Of a stretch of DNA of 64,000 nucleotides, positions 39,179-48,422 are shown one piece after another. A program made the position numbers and the translations under genes. The notes beneath the pieces were generated by a model. That model was not told where the DNA came from, did no database searches, and was given only the letters and a program-made list of their open reading frames with translations. Origin of the DNA: an uncultured Desulfosarcina sp. (GTDB lineage Bacteria > Desulfobacterota > Desulfobacteria > Desulfobacterales > Desulfosarcinaceae); assembly GCA_963674945.2 (NCBI GenBank), contig CAXXWQ010000004.1:832001-896000 (forward strand). The letters are read 5' to 3'. Within the stretch, counting starts at the first letter, position 1, and every line of letters begins with the position of its first letter.

Positions 39179-39379
39179 ATGAACTGGGATCAAATCAAAG
39201 GAAACTGGAAGCAGGTCAAAGGAGTTGTCAGGGAGCGGTGGGGAAAACTCACCGACGACGACGCTGACGTCATTGCAGGAAAACGTGATATTCTCTTGGG
39301 AAAAATACAAGAAAAGCAGGGCGTCGCACGCGAAGAGGCTGAAAAAGAACTCAAGGCCTGGGAAGATTCGTTGAAGTAG
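39179..39379 (+). CDS. CsbD/YjbJ-family stress protein
   Basis: MNWDQIKGNWKQVKG...WGKLTDDD...GKIQEK.G. Confidence 0.95.
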   Translation: MNWDQIKGNWKQVKGVVRERWGKLTDDDADVIAGKRDILLGKIQEKQGVAREEAEKELKAWEDSLK

Positions 39380-39406
39380 TTAAACAAAATTATTCTGGAG
39401 GATGCC

Positions 39407-40858
39407 ATGAAGACAACAAACCATATTTTTCTATTATTTTCTGTTTTTTGTATCGTTAGCGCATGCGCTTCGGCGCAAACGGCGAGTAACCCAACAAATA
39501 ATCCGGAACAATGGGTGAAACAACTGGACGCAAATCTGGCCGAAGCTCGGTCCCAAGACGTCAATGTACTTTCACCAGGATTGTACGAACAAGCACAGTC
39601 TTCTCTATTAGAAGCAAAACAAGCTTTGGAGAGAGGTGGCAAGCTGTCCGCAATAGAAAAATATGTTGCAGAGGGAAACGACAGCCTTCAAAAAGCTGAA
39701 GAGATTGCCCAGGTCTCCCGGACGATTATAGGAGAAACCAACAACGCCAGAACCAAGGCTCGCAATGTGGGGGCCGATAGGTTGGGTGAGCCATACATGG
39801 ATGTGGAAAGACAATATTTGAAACTTACCAAGTCAATTGAGAACGACAACTTGAGTTATGCACAAGAGAACGCCCCTGAAGTTCAAGGCGCATTTAAAAA
39901 ATTGGAAATCATGGCCATTAAAAAAAGCGCCCTGGGCAATGCGCGAAAGATGATGGCCGATGCCGACAAGGCAAAGCTCCAGAAGATCGCGCCGTCGGCT
40001 TATGGTGTTGCGGAGAAGGCCTTGAACGAGGCGGAAATTTATGCCGGACAAAATCCCTATGAGGCGGAAATGATCAGCCAGAAAAATCTTCACGCGGAGT
40101 TCATGGCCCGACGGTTGATGGCAATCAGCGAGAGCAGCAAAAAGTTTCAACCGATGACCCCGGAATCATCCGCCATTTATGTGGAGGACCTGCTCGCACA
40201 ACTTGGCAATAGCCTCAACACCGGTGATATGCGGGACAAGAATGTTGACGCCCAACTTGGCACATTGGCCGCGGCGGCCGGAACCATGGAACGGAAGAAT
40301 CAAGACCTTGAAAAGAAAAAGACGAACTTCCAGCATGAAATAACGTCGTTGGAACAGCAGCTTGCGGGTGTTCAGGGAGTCTCACGAGAGCAGGCGGTTG
40401 CCCAAAGCAGACTTTCTGAAGAAAGCGCGTTCAATGAACAATTTAATACCGTTCAACGCTATTTTAATTCTGACGAGGCAGAGGTGTACAAACAGGGTGG
40501 CAATTTGGTCATTCGGCTGCGGGGTATAAAGTTTCCTGTGGGCCAAGCCACCCTTACCCCGGAAAACTATACGTTGCTCGGCAAAGTTCAGCGGGCCATT
40601 AAGACCTTTGACCAGCCGAAAGTGACAATCGAGGGTCATACCGACAGCACAGGCTCTACCCAAATAAACCAGGATCTGTCTCAAAATCGTGCCGAGGCCG
40701 TTAAAACTTATCTGGTGGCCAACAAGACGCTCCCGGAAAATCATATTCAGGCGGCAGGATTTGGGCCGGATCGACCGTTGGCTCCGAACACAACACCTGA
40801 AGGCCGTGCCAATAACCGACGGATCGATGTCTTGATTACACCAACCCAAGTACCGTAG
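39407..40858 (+). CDS. OmpA-domain lipoprotein with long helical N-terminus
   Basis: IEGHTDSTG...N..LS..RA.AV...GFG..RP...N...GRA.NRR. Confidence 0.9.
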   Translation: MKTTNHIFLLFSVFCIVSACASAQTASNPTNNPEQWVKQLDANLAEARSQDVNVLSPGLYEQAQSSLLEAKQALERGGKLSAIEKYVAEGNDSLQKAEEIAQVSRTIIGETNNARTKARNVGADRLGEPYMDVERQYLKLTKSIENDNLSYAQENAPEVQGAFKKLEIMAIKKSALGNARKMMADADKAKLQKIAPSAYGVAEKALNEAEIYAGQNPYEAEMISQKNLHAEFMARRLMAISESSKKFQPMTPESSAIYVEDLLAQLGNSLNTGDMRDKNVDAQLGTLAAAAGTMERKNQDLEKKKTNFQHEITSLEQQLAGVQGVSREQAVAQSRLSEESAFNEQFNTVQRYFNSDEAEVYKQGGNLVIRLRGIKFPVGQATLTPENYTLLGKVQRAIKTFDQPKVTIEGHTDSTGSTQINQDLSQNRAEAVKTYLVANKTLPENHIQAAGFGPDRPLAPNTTPEGRANNRRIDVLITPTQVP

Positions 40859-40908
40859 GCCTATCCAGGAAGAAGAAATGTTGCCGATTATCGGCCCATA
40901 AACAGAGT

Positions 40909-40938
40909 CCGACCAAGCTCTTCATGAACTTGGTCGGC
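40909..40938 (+). terminator. Hairpin after the OmpA-family gene
   Basis: ccgaccaag...cttggtcgg. Confidence 0.5.
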
Positions 40939-41086
40939 TTATAGATTGTGGATGTTCCGAAAGAAAGAGTATGGAAAATACAATTTTGCCCTTCTCAATC
41001 GGTGATGTTCTCGGAAATGAACTTCAACATTGCAGGTGTGTTTTCCTGTGCAACCTGAAAATCAACTTCGAAAAAGGAGCACGGCC

Positions 41087-41227
41087 ATGGGAGACAAGGG
41101 CGGTAAAAAAGACAGGCAAAAAAGTCAAAAACAAAACAGCGACAAACGGCAGCGGAAGGCAAAAGACAAGCTTGAAAAACAACAGAAAGGACAACCAGAG
41201 CTGGTTTTGCCGAAACAAAAATCGTGA
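41087..41227 (+). CDS. Small basic protein (MGDKGGKKD...)
   Basis: AAGGAG RBS; 46 aa, K/Q-rich. Confidence 0.65.
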   Translation: MGDKGGKKDRQKSQKQNSDKRQRKAKDKLEKQQKGQPELVLPKQKS

Positions 41228-41285
41228 TTCAGCCATCTGAATTCATTGGCAGTGATCATTCGAACCAAGAATCAGGAGACATGGG

Positions 41286-42197
41286 ATGGACAGGGAGAAA
41301 ATCAAGACAAAATCCCTGGAATACGCCGAGAGCATCATCGATACCGTGCGTGAACCATTAATCGTCCTGGATCAAGATTTAAGGGTCGTCTCTGTCAGCC
41401 GTTCATTCTATGAGGTCTTTAAGGTGAAGCCCGAAGAGACCGTGGGCCGGCTTATCTATGACCTGGGCGATAAACAGTGGAATATCCCCAAACTGCGGGA
41501 ACTGCTGGAAACCATCCTTCCCCAAAAGTCCTTCTTTGACAACTTTGAGGTTGAACACGATTTTGCCTCCATCGGCAGACGAATAATGCTTCTGAATGCC
41601 AGGCAGATTGAACGGAGGATGGGAAAGGCGCGGATTATTCTTCTGGCTATGGAGGACATCACGACACGGAAGGAAATGGAGCAGGAGATCAAGCGGCTCG
41701 CCTATCATGACCCCCTGACGGGTCTGCCGAACAGAGTGCTTCTCACCGATCGTTTGAACATGGCCAAGATCTACTCCGATAGAAACCGGAAGAAGGTGGC
41801 TATAATGATGCTTGACATAGACAGGTTCAAAGAGATCAATGATACCCTCGGCCACCATGTCGGAGATCTGCTGCTGCAGATGGTTGCGAAAAAATTAACA
41901 GAAATCCTCCGGAAAGAAGACACCGTTGCCCGATTTGGCGGCGATGAATTCGTGCTTGTGCTTCCTGGACAAAAAGACATCCAGACAGCTCTGAGGATTG
42001 CCCGCAAGATCATCAATGATTTCCGGTACGCAGTTGTTCTTGATGGGCACGCATTAATCGTCACCTGCAGTATCGGTATCTCCATCTATCCCGATCATGG
42101 CGAGAATATCGACATCATCCTGAAGAACGCCGACTGTGCCATGTATCAAGCCAAACAGGCAGGGCGAAACCAGTATCATCTCTATAATGCGGTCTGA
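41286..42197 (+). CDS. PAS-GGDEF diguanylate cyclase
   Basis: HDPLTGLPNR, DRFKEINDTLGH, RKED I-site, GGDEF. Confidence 0.95.
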   Translation: MDREKIKTKSLEYAESIIDTVREPLIVLDQDLRVVSVSRSFYEVFKVKPEETVGRLIYDLGDKQWNIPKLRELLETILPQKSFFDNFEVEHDFASIGRRIMLLNARQIERRMGKARIILLAMEDITTRKEMEQEIKRLAYHDPLTGLPNRVLLTDRLNMAKIYSDRNRKKVAIMMLDIDRFKEINDTLGHHVGDLLLQMVAKKLTEILRKEDTVARFGGDEFVLVLPGQKDIQTALRIARKIINDFRYAVVLDGHALIVTCSIGISIYPDHGENIDIILKNADCAMYQAKQAGRNQYHLYNAV

Positions 42198-42431
42198 AGA
42201 TGTGGCACCAAGCGCATCTTTCTGTTCGAAGGATTGAGTGTCTTCGGGGCCATGGGTTCGTTTTGGGGACCTCGTGTCGGATAGAACGTTGTGGCCCGAA
42301 TCAATTTTCCAACGATTCCCGCCATCCTCTGCCGACCCGACACCCGATCAAAACTTTCCATTTGATTGAAGAACAGAAAACCAGTTTGTTCCTTAACTTT
42401 CTTATTTTGAATTGAAAAAGCGAGGCTTTGG

Positions 42432-45110
42432 ATGAGCCAATACAATCTGAACCGCATCTTTACACCACGGCAGGTTGCCGTGGTGGGCGCCAGCGAAAAA
42501 GCCGGCACCATCGGCAACGCGTTGATGAGAAATCTCGTTGACGGCGGGTTTGCCGGAACCGTGCTGCCGGTGAATCCCAAATACCAAACCCTTCACGGGC
42601 AGGCGTGCCTCGAATCGGTTTCCGCTCTGGAGGCGGGCGTGGACCTGGCGATTATCGCCACGCCGATGCACAGCGTTGCCGATATCGTCGGCGAATGCGT
42701 CGGGAAAAAGGTTGGCGGTACCGTTATCATTTCGGCCGGAGGCAAGGAGGTCGGTGAAGCGGGCCGGGAGATCGAGGAAAAGATTCGGCGAATCGCCGAT
42801 GGCGGCGGGCTTCGTATCGTGGGACCGAACTGCATGGGCATCATTCGGCCCGCAGTGACCCTCAACGCCAGCTTTGCCTCTGAGATGCCCATCGCCGGAA
42901 ATCTGGCCTTTGTATCCCAAAGCGGCGCCATCTGTACGGCGATTCTCGATCTGGCGTTGAAGGAACGTATCGGCTTCAGCCATTTTGTCAGCATCGGCTC
43001 CATGCTGGATATCGATTTTGGAGACATGATCGATTATCTCGGCAATGATTCATCGGCCAAAAGCATTCTGTTGTATATCGAAAACCTGACGAATTTCCGC
43101 AAATTCATGAGCGCCGCGCGTTCCGTGTCCCGGATCAAACCCATCATCGTTCTCAAATCCGGCAGAAGTCCCGCCGGTGCGAGGGCCGCCGCCTCTCACA
43201 CGGGCGCCATGGCCGGAGAGGATGCCGTCTATGACGCCGCTTTCAAGCGCGCCGGCATCGTACGCGTGGACACCATTGAAGAACTCTTCGACTGTGCGGA
43301 ACTGATGGCCAAGCAACCGCGACCGCGCGGCCCCCGGCTTGCGGTTCTCACCAATGGCGGCGGACCGGGTGTGATGGCGACGGACACGCTCGCCCGGTAT
43401 GGCCAGGAGCCCGCGCCCCTTGACCCCGAAACGTTGCAGGCCTTCGATGCCTTCCTGCCGGACTTCTGGAGCCGGGGCAACCCCATCGACATCCTCGGCG
43501 ACGCCTCCGCGGAAAGGTTCGGCCGCGCCCTTACGATCTGTTTTAACTCGAAAAACCTTGACGGGGTGCTGGTTATCCTTGCGCCCCAGGCCCTTACCGA
43601 TCCGCTTTCCATAGCCGAGACACTGGCCGCCGCGATCCAAGAACGCCGGTTTCCGGTATTTGCTTGCTGGATGGGCGGCAAACGCATCGCCACGGCTGTC
43701 GACGTGTTGAATGCCGCGGGAATCCCGACCTATGACACGCCGGAACGAGCGGTCCGGGCGTTTCTGTATATGGTCGAATATTCCAGGAACCTCGAAATGC
43801 TGTTGGAAGTCCCACCGAAAATAGCCGGGGACATGGAGTTCGATCAGGAAAGAGCCCGCAAGTTGATCACCGGTGCGCCGGGCCAGGGATTTGTGTCGGA
43901 ATCGGATTCCAACGAAATCCTCACGGCCTACGGCCTGCCCATGATCAGGACAAAAATCGCCACGACCGAGGCGCAAGCCGTACGGATCGCCCGGGAAATG
44001 GGATACCCGGTGGTCATGAAACTGCACTCACCGGACATCAGCCATAAAACCGATGCCGGAGGCGTTCGTCTGGACCTTCGTTGCGATGAGGATGTTGACG
44101 AGGCCTACCGTCAGATCGTATCATCGGCCCGGCAATACAAACCCGATGCCCGCATTGACGGCGTGACCCTTCAGCCCTATTTCTCAAACCCGGATTATGA
44201 AATTCTGCTTGGCGCCAAGCGGGATCCCAATTTCGGCCCGGTAATTCTTTTCGGCATGGGCGGAATTTACACGGAAGTATTGAAAGACCGGTCCCTCGGG
44301 CTTCCGCCCATGAACCGGCTGCTGGCCCGGCGGCTGATGCAGGAGACCAAAGCCTATTCCCTGTTGAAAGGGTACCGCAACCGCCCCGCCGCCGACATGC
44401 AGCGGCTGGAAGAGATGATCATCCGGCTTTCGCAACTGTTGATCGATTTTCCCGACATCGCCGAACTGGACATGAATCCCGTTCTGATCAAGGACGGCAA
44501 ACCCGTCGCGGTGGATGCCCGCATCCTTGTTTCACCGCTTGCGTTGCCCTCCTCCCTGCATTTGGTGATTGGTCCCTATCCGGAGGAGGATGAATCCCAT
44601 ATGGTCAGCGTCGACGGGCGCCGCATTTTTGTCCGGCCCGTCAAACCCGAGGACGCCCCCCTTTTTACGGCCTTGTTCAAGACTCTTTCACCCACAACGA
44701 TTTACTATCGTTTCTTCGGTGCGTTGAAAGAGCTGAATCCCGAAATGCTGGCGCGGTTCACCCAGATCGATTACGACCGGGAGATTGCCCTGGTGGCCGT
44801 CGACGAAGAAGCGCAAACCGACAACATACTGGGGGTTGCCCGAATCATCGGTGACGCGGATGGCAAGACAGGTGAATTCGCCGTTCTGGTGGGTGACGCC
44901 TGGCAAGGCAAGGGGATCGGGGGAAAACTGTTGGAAAAATGCCTCTCCATTGCCGAAAAGCAAGGCTTTAAAACGGTTCATGGCATCGTTTTAAAAGAAA
45001 ATAAGAACATGCTCGCGCTTGGAAAAAAGCTGGGGTTTTCCATCGAAAGAGACGCCGGCGACGGAGATAAAGAACTGGTGATCCATTTTATCTCATCAAC
45101 CAAGTATTAA
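42432..45110 (+). CDS. Acyl-CoA synthetase (NDP-forming)-GNAT protein lysine acetyltransferase (Pat/PatZ-like)
   Basis: GPNCMG, SQSGA, ASHTGA, ATP-grasp HKTDAGGV, C-terminal GNAT WQGKGIG. Confidence 0.92.
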   Translation: MSQYNLNRIFTPRQVAVVGASEKAGTIGNALMRNLVDGGFAGTVLPVNPKYQTLHGQACLESVSALEAGVDLAIIATPMHSVADIVGECVGKKVGGTVIISAGGKEVGEAGREIEEKIRRIADGGGLRIVGPNCMGIIRPAVTLNASFASEMPIAGNLAFVSQSGAICTAILDLALKERIGFSHFVSIGSMLDIDFGDMIDYLGNDSSAKSILLYIENLTNFRKFMSAARSVSRIKPIIVLKSGRSPAGARAAASHTGAMAGEDAVYDAAFKRAGIVRVDTIEELFDCAELMAKQPRPRGPRLAVLTNGGGPGVMATDTLARYGQEPAPLDPETLQAFDAFLPDFWSRGNPIDILGDASAERFGRALTICFNSKNLDGVLVILAPQALTDPLSIAETLAAAIQERRFPVFACWMGGKRIATAVDVLNAAGIPTYDTPERAVRAFLYMVEYSRNLEMLLEVPPKIAGDMEFDQERARKLITGAPGQGFVSESDSNEILTAYGLPMIRTKIATTEAQAVRIAREMGYPVVMKLHSPDISHKTDAGGVRLDLRCDEDVDEAYRQIVSSARQYKPDARIDGVTLQPYFSNPDYEILLGAKRDPNFGPVILFGMGGIYTEVLKDRSLGLPPMNRLLARRLMQETKAYSLLKGYRNRPAADMQRLEEMIIRLSQLLIDFPDIAELDMNPVLIKDGKPVAVDARILVSPLALPSSLHLVIGPYPEEDESHMVSVDGRRIFVRPVKPEDAPLFTALFKTLSPTTIYYRFFGALKELNPEMLARFTQIDYDREIALVAVDEEAQTDNILGVARIIGDADGKTGEFAVLVGDAWQGKGIGGKLLEKCLSIAEKQGFKTVHGIVLKENKNMLALGKKLGFSIERDAGDGDKELVIHFISSTKY

Positions 45111-45158
45111 AATAAGGAGAACGGCCATGATCGACAAAAGGGTGAAGGAGGTATTCGA

Positions 45159-45272
45159 ATGACAGTAGATATCAGTGTTTTGATCGGCGGAGAAGATGGC
45201 CAGGGCATTCAGACCGTCGGTCTGCTGATGGCCCGAACCTGTCCGGGGACGGATTACCGGTATCGCCCGTAA
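45159..45272 (+). pseudogene. N-terminal remnant of a 2-oxoacid:acceptor oxidoreductase alpha subunit
   Basis: AAGGAGG RBS; MTVDISVLIGGEDGQGIQTVG resembles the GGEAGQG(I/V) N-terminus; stops after 37 codons. Confidence 0.65.
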
Positions 45273-45432
45273 CCCCTGAACGCGTTGCTGGCAGAGGGAT
45301 ACCCATAGTCTGAACGATACTGCACGCCGGTTGCCTCTCCCCAGCACCGGCGATAAAAAATCAGAATTCTCGGACTTGAAAAAAGATGACAGGGAGAAAT
45401 TCCCATAGTGGGTCATGACAAAAGAGGTCCAT

Positions 45433-46086
45433 ATGAAAATGGGAATCTGCAAGGCGACAACCCTGACGGTGCTTCTGATCTGTGTGTATACGGTGGTGAT
45501 GTCCGGCTGCCGGCCCGAACCGGAAACCGATGGGCCAAATGGGTCATCGGATGGCGTTGTCGTCGTCCCCCATGGGTACATGGCCCGCCTGGAGCAGGTT
45601 TTTGACGGCCAGATGATCGGGTTCGGTCCCTTCGTGGGCTATTATTTTCGGCCGGAATCCCCCGGGGACCCGAGCCGGTTGCGAATCGTCTGTTTCAACG
45701 AAACCCGTTTCTACAGTTCGGACATGCCCGACGGTGCCAAACTCTATGAAGGAACCGCGGTGCGGACGACGCTTCCCCGGGCCGATGTGGTCATCCCGGC
45801 CCAGGACAGGATCAATCCGGTATTCTTTGAACAAGCGCCCGAGACCTGGCGCGGCACAAGGCCGGAACCCCGAAACGAGTTCGTTCATTTTCACTCCTGT
45901 TACAACGGTGCGGGACCGGTACTTACCGGATACTGGATCCGCCATGTGGCGGTCTCTGATTTTACCTATGACATGGGGGGACGGGTGGGGAATGAAAGTC
46001 CGCTGTATCATCGGGTCCACAAAGGTCCGGACCTGGACTTTGCCAGGATCGTCGAATTCGATAGGGGGCCAAAAAAGGACGATTGA
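45433..46086 (+). CDS. Hypothetical lipoprotein
   Basis: Signal peptide with MSGC lipobox-like motif; first gene of the sulfurtransferase module. Confidence 0.75.
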   Translation: MKMGICKATTLTVLLICVYTVVMSGCRPEPETDGPNGSSDGVVVVPHGYMARLEQVFDGQMIGFGPFVGYYFRPESPGDPSRLRIVCFNETRFYSSDMPDGAKLYEGTAVRTTLPRADVVIPAQDRINPVFFEQAPETWRGTRPEPRNEFVHFHSCYNGAGPVLTGYWIRHVAVSDFTYDMGGRVGNESPLYHRVHKGPDLDFARIVEFDRGPKKDD

Positions 46087-46154
46087 ACGGTATCTTTTTG
46101 AACCGACTCGAAATCATTGAAGACGACATCGTAAATGGGAAGGAGATAAATTAC

Positions 46155-47264
46155 ATGAAAAACGACAAACGAATTCGGTATGCGGCGATCGCCGCAATTT
46201 TGCTGCTCGGTATTTACTGGTCGGCCTCCTCGGCGACCGGTAGCGCAGCCGGTGAAGATTATCCCAACGCCGGTTTCCTGGCTACCGCCCAGTGGCTGAA
46301 ATCACACCAGGCGGACGCCTCCCTGGTGATCGTGGACGTCCGAATGGACAAAGACGTTGAGGGGAAAATGATCCCCGGCGCCATCCACATGCCCTGGCGG
46401 CAGTTCCAGTACGACGACACCGCCGGCAACATGGGCGGGCTGTTCGTGGGCATCGAGCTGGCGCAGCGACTGCTGGGCGAACACGGCATCGCCCGGAACG
46501 ATACCGTGGTGCTTTATGATTCGGTGAAACGGGACGGCGGCGCCACCAGTTCCTACATCTTCTGGGTCCTCGACCTGCTGGGCCACAAGAATATCAAGGT
46601 CCTGGGGCGCGGTATCGACGGATGGATCGATGCCGGTGGGGAAACGGTATCCACACACCGCAAGGCCGAGGCAGTCCTCTACCAGGCCCCATCAAGCGAG
46701 ATCAACCTGCGCAAATGGGTCAAAGCCGAGTATATAATGCCGAGGCTCGGTGATCCCTATTATCAAATCCTGGATGTTCGGTCCCGGGCGGAATATATCG
46801 GCGAAAAGCCCAATACCGGGCTGGACGGCACGGAGCTCAAGCCGGGGCATGTCCCGACCGCAACCAACATCGACTACACCCTCAACTGGAATACGCCCGA
46901 TATCAAGGCGATCAAGCCATACGCGGCGTTGCGTGAACTTTACGGAGGCCTCGACCCCGGCAGGGCCGTGATCCTCTATTGCCATACGGCCCGTCGGGGA
47001 TCATTTGGATATTTCGTCCTCAGGCTCATGGGCTTCGAGGACGTAATTCTCTATGAGCCGTCCTGGATGGAATGGGGCAACAAACGCTATTACTTCCCTG
47101 TTGAAACCGCGGAAAACGTCCTCACCGACAAAACCCTTGCAAACACGACGTCCTCTTCCGCAGCCCCCAACCGTCGAGGAACGACAACCCCAACTAGCGG
47201 CGTGGCCGCACCATCCGGAAGCGACCGCAATTCTAAAAGCGGGTACGTCTCCTGCGGAGGATAA
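46155..47264 (+). CDS. Exported tandem-domain rhodanese/sulfurtransferase
   Basis: IVDVR, IPGA, ILDVRS.AEY, GHVPTA, active-site CHTARR, YEPSWMEW; C-terminal SCGG tail. Confidence 0.9.
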   Translation: MKNDKRIRYAAIAAILLLGIYWSASSATGSAAGEDYPNAGFLATAQWLKSHQADASLVIVDVRMDKDVEGKMIPGAIHMPWRQFQYDDTAGNMGGLFVGIELAQRLLGEHGIARNDTVVLYDSVKRDGGATSSYIFWVLDLLGHKNIKVLGRGIDGWIDAGGETVSTHRKAEAVLYQAPSSEINLRKWVKAEYIMPRLGDPYYQILDVRSRAEYIGEKPNTGLDGTELKPGHVPTATNIDYTLNWNTPDIKAIKPYAALRELYGGLDPGRAVILYCHTARRGSFGYFVLRLMGFEDVILYEPSWMEWGNKRYYFPVETAENVLTDKTLANTTSSSAAPNRRGTTTPTSGVAAPSGSDRNSKSGYVSCGG

Positions 47265-47269
47265 GCCCA

Positions 47270-47812
47270 ATGGAAAATACGAATAAAGAACCCATCCCCT
47301 ATTGGAATTGGATCCCGGCCGCCTTTGCCCTGGCGGGCGTCATCGTCTTTATTTTCGCCACCTACGGGCCCCCGGCCTCGTCCAGCGGGTTCGTCAGCAC
47401 CCTCAAGGGCTTTTTTGTGTGGGCAGCTCCGGAATACGTCGCGACCAAGGTCCACTACAAGGCCATTCCCGGCCCCGGCTCGTGGCTCTTCACCTTTGTA
47501 CTGGGCATGGCCATGGGTGGCTTCATCGCCGGACGGACATCCAAAAATATTCCGGTGCGCGATATGCCGCCCATCTGGAAGAAGCGATTCGGCGATAGCC
47601 GGGCAAAGCGCTACGCTGCCACTTTTTTCGGCGGATTCCTGATCCTTTTCGGATCCCGGCTGGCCGGCGGCTGCACCCTGGGATTGTTCATATCCGGATC
47701 GACGCAACTGGCCGTCAGCGGTCTTTATTTCGGCGTCGTCATTTTTGCCGTGGCCATGCTTACCGCCCGGCTGATCTTCGGAAAGATCGCGGAAAAGGAG
47801 GAGATACAATGA
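47270..47812 (+). CDS. YeeE/YedE-family sulfur transporter subunit
   Basis: GGFLILFGSRLAGGCTLG. Confidence 0.88.
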   Translation: MENTNKEPIPYWNWIPAAFALAGVIVFIFATYGPPASSSGFVSTLKGFFVWAAPEYVATKVHYKAIPGPGSWLFTFVLGMAMGGFIAGRTSKNIPVRDMPPIWKKRFGDSRAKRYAATFFGGFLILFGSRLAGGCTLGLFISGSTQLAVSGLYFGVVIFAVAMLTARLIFGKIAEKEEIQ

Positions 47813-48411
47813 CAAATATCTGGCTGGGACTTTTTTCGGGCATCGCCTTCGGATTCGTCATCCAGCGCATCGGCGCCACCGACGCCCATCGGATGGCCCG
47901 ATCGCACCTGATGCTCGACGCGGATATCCCCCGGTTCATGGTCCTGACGGTGGCCTTGTCCGCCGTGGGCCTCTTCGGGCTCCAAACGGTCGGCGTGGGG
48001 CGCACCCTGCCCCTGCCCACCAGCATTGTGGCCACGGGGCTGGCCGCCGTGATCTTCGGCATCGGGTGGGGGCTGACCGGGTATTGCCCCGGCACCACCT
48101 GGGCGGCAGCCGGCGAGGGGCGCATGGATGCAGTCTTCGCCCTGCTGGGCGGACTGGCCGGCACGGCTCTTTTCGCCCAGTTGCACGAGACGCTGATCCC
48201 CGTTTTATACGATCCCACCAACGTGGGGCAGATCACCTTGACGGATCTGTTCGGCAATCATGCCGCAGCCGTCGCGGTGTTGGCCATCGGTTTCGGCTAT
48301 TGTACCTGGGGCATCGGAAAACTTTGGGGAGCGGGCGAACGGAGCGTTGCTTTCGAAGGGAAAACCGATTCGGAAACATCACCGGGCAACGCCGGAAAAA
48401 CGGATGAGTAA
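47809..48411 (+). CDS. YeeE/YedE-family sulfur transporter subunit
   Basis: G..FGFV.QR, IFGIGWGLTGYCPGT. Confidence 0.88.
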   Translation: MTNIWLGLFSGIAFGFVIQRIGATDAHRMARSHLMLDADIPRFMVLTVALSAVGLFGLQTVGVGRTLPLPTSIVATGLAAVIFGIGWGLTGYCPGTTWAAAGEGRMDAVFALLGGLAGTALFAQLHETLIPVLYDPTNVGQITLTDLFGNHAAAVAVLAIGFGYCTWGIGKLWGAGERSVAFEGKTDSETSPGNAGKTDE

Positions 48412-48422
48412 AGGAAGGCTGA

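Noticed and set aside
46155..48411. Selenocysteine read-through in rhodanese or YeeE genes
   Set aside because: The relevant Cys codons are TGC and no in-frame TGA interrupts these ORFs
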